From NCBI GenBank assembly GCA_902385255.1, contig CABMEV010000013.1, positions 14,047 through 78,046 on the forward strand: a stretch of 64,000 bases of DNA, in the 5' to 3' direction. The notes under the pieces are model-generated. The model made no database searches. It was not told the origin of the DNA and was given only the letters and a program-made list of their open reading frames with translations. Origin of the DNA: Candidatus Tiddalikarchaeum anstoanum (GTDB lineage Archaea; Nanobdellota; Nanobdellia; Tiddalikarchaeales; Tiddalikarchaeaceae). The position numbers and the translations under genes were made by a program. Positions 1 to 8,500 of this stretch are shown one piece after another (the stretch's first letter is position 1; every line of letters starts with the position of its first letter).

Positions 1-248
1 AACAAAAACCACTCGGCGAACCTTGTCCATATATTACTCTTCAGAACGGCGACTTCAAAATAGGATACGCTCCAATAAAAGGCATTAATGGATTTAGCGG
101 ACAACTTGTTATTTACGAAAAAGTAATAGTGGACGGCAAATCTGTTTTTACACCACTGGATGAGAATTGTTTAAGAAAAGTCATGCCTCCGGAAGTATTT
201 AACGAACTTTCTGACAAACTTACAGGTTACTTATTAGATAAATTATAA
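1..248 (+). CDS. 3' end of an unidentified protein-coding gene (partial, enters from upstream)
   Basis: Frame starting at nt 3 is open from the window edge to TAA at 246-248 (...GYAPIKGINGFSGQLVIYEKVIVDGKSVFTPLDENCLRKVMPPEVFNELSDKLTGYLLDKL*). No family recognised. Confidence 0.45.
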   Translation, partial: QKPLGEPCPYITLQNGDFKIGYAPIKGINGFSGQLVIYEKVIVDGKSVFTPLDENCLRKVMPPEVFNELSDKLTGYLLDKL

Positions 249-305
249 TCTTTAATTTATCCTCTTAATTTTTAAACAACATAAACATTAGTTTTTACTA
301 TACAA

Positions 306-376
306 GGTGGGTTGACAGATCGGCTATGTACTCGCCTGCAGAGCGAGTTAGAAGAGTTCAACTCTCTTACCCACCT
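306..376 (+). tRNA. tRNA-Cys (anticodon GCA)
   Basis: Acceptor GGTGGGT/ACCCACC. Anticodon stem CTCGC/GCGAG with loop CTGCAGA (GCA). T arm AAGAG-TTCAACT-CTCTT. 4-nt variable loop. Discriminator T376 (U73, a known CysRS identity element). No encoded CCA. Confidence 0.9.
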
Positions 377-397
377 AAAAAAGGGTGAAAAACGTTT

Positions 398-1822
398 ATG
401 GCATTAATGATATATAATACACTAAGCAGGAAAAAAGAAATATTCAAACCGGTAAAGAAAGACAATGTCACATTCTATTCCTGCGGACAAACTGTTTATG
501 ACGATTTGCACATCGGCAATGCGAGAATGTACTCTAACTGGGATATAGTAACCAGATACTTGGAATGGAAAGGCTACCACGTGCTGCACGTTCAGAACTT
601 CACAGACGTCGGACACTTAACGAGCGACGCAGACAGCGGGGAAGACAAGATAGAAAAAAGGGCGGCTGAGAAAAAACTAAACCCATGGGAATTAGTGGAC
701 AGGCAGATTCAAAAATATTACAAAGACACTGATGAATTAAACATTAAAAGACCAAACATTATGCCTAGAGCGACAAGTGTAATACCTGAAATGATAGAAT
801 TAGTGCAGAAACTAATAGACAAGAAATTTGCGTATGTCGTGAAGAAAAACGTTTACTTTGACACTTCTAAATTCAAAAATTACGGCGAACTCGCGCAGTT
901 AAAACTTGAGGAAGACAAGACAAAACCAAGAGTGATAGAGGACGCCAATAAGAAAAATTATTTCGACTTCGCATTATGGCTGTCAGCAGAGAAGGAAGGC
1001 GGGAAATTCCATGTGATGAACTGGAACAGCCCGTGGGGAAAAGGATACCCTGGATGGCACCTTGAATGCAGCGTTATGGCAATGAAATTCCTCGGAGAAA
1101 CCATTGACCTGCACGCAGGAGGAATAGACCATATACCCGTACACCATACTAATGAGATAGCGCAAAGCGAAGCTGCAACAGGAAAGAAATTCGTAAACTA
1201 CTGGATGCATGGGGAGTTCATAACAGTTAATGGAGAGAAGATGAGCAAGAGCAAAGGCAACTTTTACACAAGCAGAGAATTAATGGATAAATGGGGGTCA
1301 ATGGTTGTACGCTACGCTCTCGTAAACACGCATTACAGGAAAAGAGTTGACTTCACGGATGAATTGTTCTTAAATGCCAAAAATAATATAGAGAAGATTT
1401 ACGACTTATTCGACAAATTAGACAATAAATCAGTCTTTGGAAAATTAGAACTTGACAAAGAAACTGAAGAATTAAAGAAGAATTTCTCAGACTCCATGGA
1501 CGACGACTTTAACACCTCGCAGGCATTGGCATCAATTCACGAATTCATAAAAAAAGCAAACATTAACATGGCTGCCTTGTCAAAAAATGCAGGCATAAAC
1601 GCCAGGGAAAAAATAACAGAACTAATCGGAGTGCTTGGAATAAGACTGGAAAAGAAAAAAGAAACAGACATTGAACCACTCATGAACCTGATAATAAGCA
1701 TCAGGAACAAGCTTAGAGACAAGAAGGATTACGAAACAAGCGATTACCTAAGGGGATTATTAAAAAATATAGGAATAGAACTGAAAGATGACAAAGACAA
1801 GACTATATGGACCAAAAAATGA
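398..1822 (+). CDS. cysS: cysteinyl-tRNA synthetase
   Basis: 474 aa. Class I HIGH motif (HIGNARMY), KMSKS motif (KMSKSKGN), GWHLECS zinc/Cys-binding region. GGGTGA SD 9 nt upstream of the ATG. Confidence 0.95.
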   Translation: MALMIYNTLSRKKEIFKPVKKDNVTFYSCGQTVYDDLHIGNARMYSNWDIVTRYLEWKGYHVLHVQNFTDVGHLTSDADSGEDKIEKRAAEKKLNPWELVDRQIQKYYKDTDELNIKRPNIMPRATSVIPEMIELVQKLIDKKFAYVVKKNVYFDTSKFKNYGELAQLKLEEDKTKPRVIEDANKKNYFDFALWLSAEKEGGKFHVMNWNSPWGKGYPGWHLECSVMAMKFLGETIDLHAGGIDHIPVHHTNEIAQSEAATGKKFVNYWMHGEFITVNGEKMSKSKGNFYTSRELMDKWGSMVVRYALVNTHYRKRVDFTDELFLNAKNNIEKIYDLFDKLDNKSVFGKLELDKETEELKKNFSDSMDDDFNTSQALASIHEFIKKANINMAALSKNAGINAREKITELIGVLGIRLEKKKETDIEPLMNLIISIRNKLRDKKDYETSDYLRGLLKNIGIELKDDKDKTIWTKK

Positions 1823-1954
1823 TAGGCATCTCTCCATGCAAAAATTATTCTGACAAGGAATTGGAAAACGCAGTACGTGATTCTCTGTCGCAGATAGGGG
1901 GATTAAAGAAGTTTCATAAAGAAAAACAATACGGTACTTCTTAAGCCCAACTTA

Positions 1955-2917
1955 TTGTCGCCGTCCGAGCCAGGACAAGAAGCAACCACTCACCCATCAG
2001 TCGTGAAGGCTGTAGCTAGAGAAGTTGTAAGACTCGGAGCCAAAGTCATAATCGCAGACTCACCGGGAGGAGGAAGCGCAATATCTGAGCAAATCCTGAA
2101 AAACTTGTATACAAAAACAGGAATGATAAATTTACATAAGTTAAAGAATGTCAAACTAAATTATGACACTTCATACTTTGAAGCGCCAAACCCAAAAGGT
2201 TTCATTAAAAAATATAAGCTGATGTCAGTATTAAAACAGGCTGACAAAATAATCAACGTACCGAAAGTGAAAACCCACATGTTAACAACACTGACTTGCT
2301 CGGTAAAAAACTTATTCGGATTAATACCTGGCCGCGACAAAATATCATACCATACTCGCTTTAAGGATGTTAATGACTTTTCAAGAATGCTAATAGACCT
2401 AGCAGTATTGGTAAAGCCGACATTGACAATCGTAGACGGCGTAATAGGCATGGAAGGGCAGGGTCCAAGCTTTGGGAAAAAGAAAGAATTAGGGTTGATA
2501 ATTGCAGGAACAAACGTATTCGAGACAGACAGCGCAGTATGTGATATTATAGGATTTAAGGCTGAAACAGTGCCTTACCTGAAAGCGGCGCTTGACAGGA
2601 ACTTATTCAAAAAAGAAGAGTACGATGTTAAAAAATACAAGGTCAAGTTTGCAGAACCGCACGCTGATATCTTAAGGAAATTATGGAATGTCTGCCCTTC
2701 ATCGATTAAGGACATGATGAGCAACATATGGCTGGACGTCCCAAATATTACATCTAAGTGCATAGGCTGCGGCATGTGCAGGGACTCATGCCCTGAATCT
2801 GCGATAACCATAACCAACAATAAGGCGAGTATTAATTATAAAAAATGCATCAGGTGCTACTGCTGTTATGAACTATGCAGGTATAATGCAATCACACTGA
2901 AGAAAAAAATATTCTGA
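1955..2917 (+). CDS. DUF362 domain protein with C-terminal 2x[4Fe-4S] ferredoxin domain; N-terminus displaced by an apparent frameshift
   Basis: The VLLKPNLL-type motif lies in this frame just upstream of the listed start. C-terminal CIGCGMCRDSCP and CIRCYCCYELC cluster motifs. The expected N-terminal ~35 aa are in another frame starting at ATG 1819. Confidence 0.7.
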   Translation: MSPSEPGQEATTHPSVVKAVAREVVRLGAKVIIADSPGGGSAISEQILKNLYTKTGMINLHKLKNVKLNYDTSYFEAPNPKGFIKKYKLMSVLKQADKIINVPKVKTHMLTTLTCSVKNLFGLIPGRDKISYHTRFKDVNDFSRMLIDLAVLVKPTLTIVDGVIGMEGQGPSFGKKKELGLIIAGTNVFETDSAVCDIIGFKAETVPYLKAALDRNLFKKEEYDVKKYKVKFAEPHADILRKLWNVCPSSIKDMMSNIWLDVPNITSKCIGCGMCRDSCPESAITITNNKASINYKKCIRCYCCYELCRYNAITLKKKIF

Positions 2918-2956
2918 AAAAAACTTTTAATTGATTAGTTAGTTTAACTAATATCA

Positions 2957-3250
2957 ATGAAAACATTGCACTTAATCATATTAATATTATTATTTTCCGG
3001 ATGCACTGTGAATCCGAAATACGTTACTGACTGTGTATCATTATGCACTGCTGCAAAAAACGCGGGGCTGGATTTTTCAAACGGGCCGTGCTTATCGAAC
3101 GATTACTATCCTGATTACGTGTGCGACGTCGCCCACAATCCGAGAATTAGCATAGACAACCTTGTTGAGAACCAGTGCAGCGCTTTCGGAGTTAACGCAT
3201 CCCACTTTGTGGAAGTTGACGCGTCCTGCAGTGTAATCAGCGTGGTATAA
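2957..3250 (+). CDS. small Cys-rich secreted lipoprotein (hypothetical)
   Basis: 97 aa. Signal peptide plus lipobox-like LFSGC (MKTLHLIILILLFSGC). Several further Cys in the mature part. Confidence 0.55.
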   Translation: MKTLHLIILILLFSGCTVNPKYVTDCVSLCTAAKNAGLDFSNGPCLSNDYYPDYVCDVAHNPRISIDNLVENQCSAFGVNASHFVEVDASCSVISVV

Positions 3251-3285
3251 ACTTTTTTAAATTATACAAAAATTGAATTTTAGTA

Positions 3286-3732
3286 ATGAAGCTTAATTCA
3301 ATTGAGATTTTCCTCGCCAGCGAGATATCTGCAGTCTTAGTTGTAGTATTAAACATTCTTATCGCATTATCATCATTAAGGGATATCAACTTTTTTGGAA
3401 TTGCAATAATAATTATAGGTGAATTAATATACGGCTATAATAATTTCGCAATGAGAGGCGCATGGAGCATTGACGTCGAGCCCAAACAAGTATTGGTAAA
3501 ATCCGGATTTTTCAAATACATAAGACACCCATTATACCTTGGCTCCGCTATCGCATCTTTCGGCATAGCTGTATGCTTAATGTCCCTGCCGGGATTAATA
3601 TATTCAATTTTTATAGTATTACCTTACGTTTATTTCCGCGCAAAACTTGAGGAGAAGGTTTTAACGAGCACCTTGAAAGGCTATAAAGAGTATATGAAAG
3701 AGACAGGGATGTTCTTCCCAAAAATGAGATAA
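3286..3732 (+). CDS. isoprenylcysteine carboxyl / phospholipid methyltransferase-family membrane protein
   Basis: 148 aa, multi-TM. GFFKYIRHPLYLGSAIASFG matches the RHPxY-type motif of the ICMT/PEMT family. Confidence 0.6.
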   Translation: MKLNSIEIFLASEISAVLVVVLNILIALSSLRDINFFGIAIIIIGELIYGYNNFAMRGAWSIDVEPKQVLVKSGFFKYIRHPLYLGSAIASFGIAVCLMSLPGLIYSIFIVLPYVYFRAKLEEKVLTSTLKGYKEYMKETGMFFPKMR

Positions 3733-3838
3733 AACTAACCTGGTGGCTTGTTTGTTTTACTTAAAAACTTTATTTTAAGAGGTAAATTTTACCCTGTCAT
3801 AAATAGGTTTTTAAAAGATGAAATTTTGCCTATATATT

Positions 3839-4234
3839 ATGGCAGATGATGAGAAAAAAGAAGCAACTGAGGAAGAAATTGATGAAGCTGCTGAGAATTT
3901 AGCATTCACTAACGCGGAAATAGTTCGACTAATTAAGAAAAATCTTCCCGAAGGCAGAATGATTAAGAAAAGAGTAAAGACTGGGATGAACAAATTCTTG
4001 GAAGAAGTCTGCATTGACGTATGCAAAAAACTGGCTAAGGAGCCGTACGCATACATAGAATATGATATGTTAGAGAGAGCAATCCGCCCGTATAAAGACC
4101 TTCACAGCTTGGAAGTTGAAAAGGAGAGATTAATTGCAAGCCTTAACAAGATAAAAGCAGACTGTGAAGTAATGGTAGACGACATAAACAGAAAATTCTC
4201 AATCTTTGAAGATAAAGACAAGAAAAATGAATAA
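3839..4234 (+). CDS. histone-fold-like protein with C-terminal coiled-coil extension (putative)
   Basis: FTNAEIVRLIKKNLPEGRMIKKRVKTGMNKFLEEVCIDVCKKLAKEPYAYIEYDMLERAI follows the helix-loop-helix-loop-helix spacing of archaeal histones/NF-YB but lacks the RKT motif. Start taken at ATG 3839, which is ~27 nt downstream of TTTTTAAAA; an alternative ATG lies at 3818. Confidence 0.4.
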   Translation: MADDEKKEATEEEIDEAAENLAFTNAEIVRLIKKNLPEGRMIKKRVKTGMNKFLEEVCIDVCKKLAKEPYAYIEYDMLERAIRPYKDLHSLEVEKERLIASLNKIKADCEVMVDDINRKFSIFEDKDKKNE

Positions 4235-4637
4235 GACATGCATTTTCTGCTCCATTAATTCTAATGACGTACCATCATATACGATTTATGAAGATGACTT
4301 GGTGAGAGCCATATTGGATGTTAACCCAGTAAGCGAGGGCCACACTCTCATCATTCCCAAGAAACATTACACTGACTTGATGGAGATGCCGGACGAGTTC
4401 TTGGAGCGAATAATTATTGTTGCAAAAAAATTAAGCTTGATGTATAAGAATAAACTGAAATGCACAGGGATTAATCTTCTTAACGCGAACGGCAAAGACG
4501 CCCAGCAAAGCGTTTTCCATTTTCACATGCATCTTGTTCCAAGGTATGATAATGACGGCCTTAATATGTGGATGAAAGGAAAGATTGATGTGTCAGATAA
4601 GATTGAGGATGTTTACAAAAAATTGATGCAAGATTAG
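4227..4637 (+). CDS. HIT (histidine triad) family hydrolase
   Basis: HFHMHLVPR histidine-triad motif. N-terminal MNKTCIFCSI is typical of the family. An alternative upstream ATG lies at 4206. Confidence 0.85.
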   Translation: MNKTCIFCSINSNDVPSYTIYEDDLVRAILDVNPVSEGHTLIIPKKHYTDLMEMPDEFLERIIIVAKKLSLMYKNKLKCTGINLLNANGKDAQQSVFHFHMHLVPRYDNDGLNMWMKGKIDVSDKIEDVYKKLMQD

Positions 4638-4753
4638 GACTAAACCGCCAATATGTCGTAGACCGAAATGTTTATATACTAGAGGAAAGTTTTTTAAGTC
4701 TAATGCAGGGGTCCTTACTGAATTCTAAATATTTAGATAACGCTAACGATAAA

Positions 4754-4761
4754 TTTATATA
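4754..4761 (+). promoter_or_regulatory. TATA-like box upstream of tRNA-Lys/rpoH operon
   Basis: TTTATATA preceded by purine-rich ACGATAAA, ~40 nt upstream of the tRNA 5' end. This would give a short tRNA leader. Confidence 0.35.
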
Positions 4762-4800
4762 GGTTTTGAAGTCTTTCAATACTAATCATATTCAGTAGAA

Positions 4801-4874
4801 GGGTCCGTAGCTCAGCCTGGTAGAGCACCTGCCTTTTAAGCAGAGGGTCATGGGTTCGAATCCCACCGGGCTCA
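4801..4874 (+). tRNA. tRNA-Lys (anticodon UUU)
   Basis: GGGTCCGTAGCTCAGCCTGGTAGAGC D arm, anticodon loop CTTTTAA, T loop TTCGAAT, acceptor GGGTCCG/CGGGCTC with two G-U pairs. A.C mismatches at 27:43 and 49:65. No encoded CCA. Confidence 0.85.
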
Positions 4875-4895
4875 ATTCAGTAAGGTGAAAAAAAT

Positions 4896-5192
4896 ATGGC
4901 CGAAGAAGAAAAAAAAGAAAATGTTGAAAGTAATGCAGAGGTAAAAGAAGAAGAACCAACAATTGACATCTTATCTCACAGTTACGTTCCGAAATTTGAG
5001 ATATTACCTCAAGAAGAAGTTGAAAAAATTCTGAAAGAATTAAAAGTTGACCGTTTGCATTTGCCAAAGATTCTAATGACGGATCCTGTTGTGAAACTTT
5101 TGAATGCAAAAGTAAATGACCTTTTGAAAATAACACGAAAGAGTTACACCGCAGGAACAAGCATTTTTTATAGGGTGGTAGTTAATGTCTGA
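4896..5192 (+). CDS. rpoH: DNA-directed RNA polymerase subunit H (Rpo5)
   Basis: 98 aa. HSYVPKFEILPQEEVEKILKEL...LPKILMTDPVVKLL...ITRKSYTAGTSIFYRVVV matches the RpoH core. AAGGTGA SD upstream. Confidence 0.9.
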   Translation: MAEEEKKENVESNAEVKEEEPTIDILSHSYVPKFEILPQEEVEKILKELKVDRLHLPKILMTDPVVKLLNAKVNDLLKITRKSYTAGTSIFYRVVVNV

Positions 5193-6681
5193 AAATACGG
5201 AAAAAATTTTACTCGGTGCGTTCTTCAAAGAGAACAAATTGACAAACCACAACTTGGAAAGCTTCAACATATTCGTTGAAAAAGGGCTGCAAAAAGTTGT
5301 TAATGAAAATAAAACAATAATACCTGATATTTTACCAAAAGGTGTTAATGATCTAAGGATAAAACTTGGAAAGATATGGCTCGATAAGCCAAGCATAAAA
5401 GAAGCAGATGGAACGAGAAGACCAATATTCCCTTCCGAAGCCAGAATCAGGAATCTCACTTATGAATCACCAATATATATGGACATAACAGTTGAGAAAG
5501 ACGGGATAGAAGAGGAGACAAAAACAGTCCATGTCGGAAACCTACCTATAATGGTTCACAGCAAATACTGTTATCTTTTCGGAAAGAACGACCAGGAATT
5601 AATCGAGATGGGAGAAGACCCAAACGACCCTGGAGGTTACTTTGTAATAAACGGCACCGAGAGAGTCATAGTAGTAGTTGAAGACTTGGCTCCAAACAGA
5701 GTGTTCGTGGAGACGGGTTCTACTAATATTACTCACAAGGCAAAAGTATTCAGCGACGACGGCCAATACAAGATACTTCACGACTTAAACAGGATGAAAG
5801 ACGGCGCAATAAACATGACATTCACAAGAGTAAAAGCAGTCCCTGTGTTTGCAGTAGTAAAAGCATTAGGGCTTGTTGAAGACCAGGATATAGTAAAAGC
5901 ATTAGACCTCCCTGAAGAGTTCATGGGAGAAATATACGTCAACTTGTACAAGATAAGCGAGATACAAAACAAGGACGACGCGTTGGACCTGATAGGCAAG
6001 AAGATGGGAATAACATACAGCCCAAAAATAAGGCTTGAAAGGTCAGCAGAAGTATTAGACAATTTCCTGTTCCCTCACATAGGGCACGACAAGGCAAAAA
6101 GACTGCAGAAAGCGTATTACCTGTCAAAGATGGTCAGGAAATTAATGCTGTACTCGCACAATATAATCAAGGCAGATGATAAAGACCACTACAAGAATAA
6201 GAGATTAAGACTCTGCAGCAACATGATGGAGAGTTTATTCAGGGTCAGTTTCAAAATGTTCATAGGAGATATGAAATACAATTTTGAACGCTTAGTAAAG
6301 CGCGGAAAGTTGCCAAGCATAAGCAGCGTAACAAGAGCAAGACTGCTAACTAGCAGGATAAAAAGCAGCTTGGCAACAGGACAATGGGTTGGCGGAAGAC
6401 AAGGAGTCAGCCAGCACTTAGAGCGCGACAACTTCTTCGGAACACTGGCGCACTTAAGGCGTGTCGCATCACTATTGACAAGCCAGCGTGAAAACTTCGA
6501 AGCCCGTGACCTGCACCCATCACATTACGGAAAGATATGTTCAAGTGAGACTCCTGATGGTCCAAACGTAGGACTCAGGAAGAACTTGGCAATAACAGGA
6601 GAGATAAGCATATCCTGTGAAGAGAATGATAAAAGTATCATGGAAGCTATGGAAAGTAGCGGATTAAAGAGGCTTGAATAA
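5185..6681 (+). CDS. rpoB2: DNA-directed RNA polymerase subunit B'' (N-terminal half of Rpo2)
   Basis: 498 aa. Conserved position after rpoH. Motifs such as GYFVINGTERVIV and RDLHPSHYGKICSSETPDGPNVGL. Confidence 0.95.
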   Translation: MSENTEKILLGAFFKENKLTNHNLESFNIFVEKGLQKVVNENKTIIPDILPKGVNDLRIKLGKIWLDKPSIKEADGTRRPIFPSEARIRNLTYESPIYMDITVEKDGIEEETKTVHVGNLPIMVHSKYCYLFGKNDQELIEMGEDPNDPGGYFVINGTERVIVVVEDLAPNRVFVETGSTNITHKAKVFSDDGQYKILHDLNRMKDGAINMTFTRVKAVPVFAVVKALGLVEDQDIVKALDLPEEFMGEIYVNLYKISEIQNKDDALDLIGKKMGITYSPKIRLERSAEVLDNFLFPHIGHDKAKRLQKAYYLSKMVRKLMLYSHNIIKADDKDHYKNKRLRLCSNMMESLFRVSFKMFIGDMKYNFERLVKRGKLPSISSVTRARLLTSRIKSSLATGQWVGGRQGVSQHLERDNFFGTLAHLRRVASLLTSQRENFEARDLHPSHYGKICSSETPDGPNVGLRKNLAITGEISISCEENDKSIMEAMESSGLKRLE

Positions 6682-6684
6682 AAA

Positions 6685-8484
6685 ATGGCAGACGTATTTT
6701 TTAACGGAAAAATAGTTGGATCAGTAGCTAATCCTCAGGAATTTGTAACAAAAATAAAGAGTCAGAGAAGAAAAGGAAAACTGACAAGCAGTTTGAACAT
6801 CGCATATGATGAAGCATTAGACATCGTAAACGTGCTTACAGAGGAAGGAAGATTAAGACGACCATTAATAATAGTGGAGAACGGCAAATCAAGATTAACT
6901 CCTGACGTTGTGGAAAAAATCAAAAAGGGAGAGATTAAATGGAGCGATTTAATCAAGGAGAACATAGTTGAATTCATGGATGCTGAAGAGGAAGAGAACG
7001 CACTGATAGCATTCGACGAGTCGGAACTCACACCTGAACACACTCATCTTGAAATTGTAAAATCCGCAATTTACGGAAGTCAGGCATCACTAATAGTATT
7101 CCCAGAGCACAACGGTGCAGGAAGAGTCACACTTGGTGCAAAGATGTTAACGCAGGGCCAGGGCGTATACGCAACTAATTACAACTTAAGGCTTGACTCG
7201 GATGTAAGCGTGATGCATTATCCTCAAAAACCAATTGTCGACACTATAATGTACAAGAACGTTAATTACGAAGGCCACCCTGTCGGACAGAACATAGTCA
7301 TTGCAGTAATGACTCATGAAGGATACAACATGGATGACGCGATAGTAATAAACAAGCACAGCGTTGATATGGGAATTTTCAGGTCAACATTCTTCAAACC
7401 CTACAATTGTGAAGAGTTAAGATACGCTGGAGGAATAAGAGATGTTATAGAGATTCCTTCCAAAGACACAATAGGCCGAAGAATGGATGAAGATTACACA
7501 TTACTAGAAAGCGACGGAGTAATATACCCTGAAGCGAAAGTAGGCGAAGGAAAAGTATTAATAGGAAAGACAAGCCCTCCAAGATTCCTTTCAGGAATGG
7601 AAGAGTTCAGAGTAGGCGTAGAAGCAAGACACGAGTCAAGTGTTGCAGCAACACATGATGACGGAATCGTTGACGCAGTAATGATTACAGAAAGCGAAGA
7701 GGGAAACAAATACATAAACGTCAGATTAAGACAGCCAAAGAATCCGGAGCTTGGCGACAAGTTTGCATCAAGACACGGACAGAAAGGAGTAATCGGATTA
7801 ATGGTTCCAAAAGCAGACATGCCTTTCACAGCTGACGGAATGGTACCGGATATAATATTCAGCCCTCACGGTATCCCAAGCAGGATGACAGTCGGACAGC
7901 TTATTGAAATAATCGCAGGAAAAGTAGGCGCATTAGGCGGAAGATACGTTGACGGAACAGCATTCACAGGAGAAGACGAGTACGACCTTAGGAAAGAACT
8001 GCACAAGTTAGGATTCAGGGAGAACGGTGCAGAGACAATGTATGACGGAAAAACAGGCCGAATGTTAAATGTGAGAATATTCGTCGGAGACATTTATTAC
8101 ATGAGATTAAAATACATGGTTTCAAACAAGTACCACATGAGAACCCGTGGACCAGTACAATTACTAACAAGGCAGCCAACAGAAGGAAGAGCGAAAGAAG
8201 GAGGACTAAGACTTGGAGAGATGGAGAAAGATGTCCTCGTAGCCCACGGAGCGTCACTATTATTGAAAGAGCGCTTCGACTCTGATAAGACAGTAGTCCC
8301 GGTATGTAAGAAGTGCGGCCTTATAGCAATGTTTAACCACTACCGTAACAAAGGAATGTGCCCAGTTGATGGCGAGGATGCACCGGTTACTTTCCTTGAA
8401 ATGAGTTACGCGTTCAAACTCTTACTTGATGAGTTAAAGAGTTTATGCATATATCCAAAACTGAATATTAAGTATAAAGATTAG
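6685..8484 (+). CDS. rpoB1: DNA-directed RNA polymerase subunit B' (C-terminal half of Rpo2)
   Basis: 599 aa. GDKFASRHGQKGVIG, catalytic-region motifs, C-terminal zinc site CKKCG...CPVDG. Confidence 0.95.
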   Translation: MADVFFNGKIVGSVANPQEFVTKIKSQRRKGKLTSSLNIAYDEALDIVNVLTEEGRLRRPLIIVENGKSRLTPDVVEKIKKGEIKWSDLIKENIVEFMDAEEEENALIAFDESELTPEHTHLEIVKSAIYGSQASLIVFPEHNGAGRVTLGAKMLTQGQGVYATNYNLRLDSDVSVMHYPQKPIVDTIMYKNVNYEGHPVGQNIVIAVMTHEGYNMDDAIVINKHSVDMGIFRSTFFKPYNCEELRYAGGIRDVIEIPSKDTIGRRMDEDYTLLESDGVIYPEAKVGEGKVLIGKTSPPRFLSGMEEFRVGVEARHESSVAATHDDGIVDAVMITESEEGNKYINVRLRQPKNPELGDKFASRHGQKGVIGLMVPKADMPFTADGMVPDIIFSPHGIPSRMTVGQLIEIIAGKVGALGGRYVDGTAFTGEDEYDLRKELHKLGFRENGAETMYDGKTGRMLNVRIFVGDIYYMRLKYMVSNKYHMRTRGPVQLLTRQPTEGRAKEGGLRLGEMEKDVLVAHGASLLLKERFDSDKTVVPVCKKCGLIAMFNHYRNKGMCPVDGEDAPVTFLEMSYAFKLLLDELKSLCIYPKLNIKYKD

Positions 8485-8500
8485 AGGTGTCCTAAAAAAA

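Noticed and set aside
4792-5160. 122-aa minus-strand ORF spanning tRNA-Lys and rpoH
   Set aside because: It overlaps a clear tRNA gene and the conserved rpoH frame, so it is spurious.
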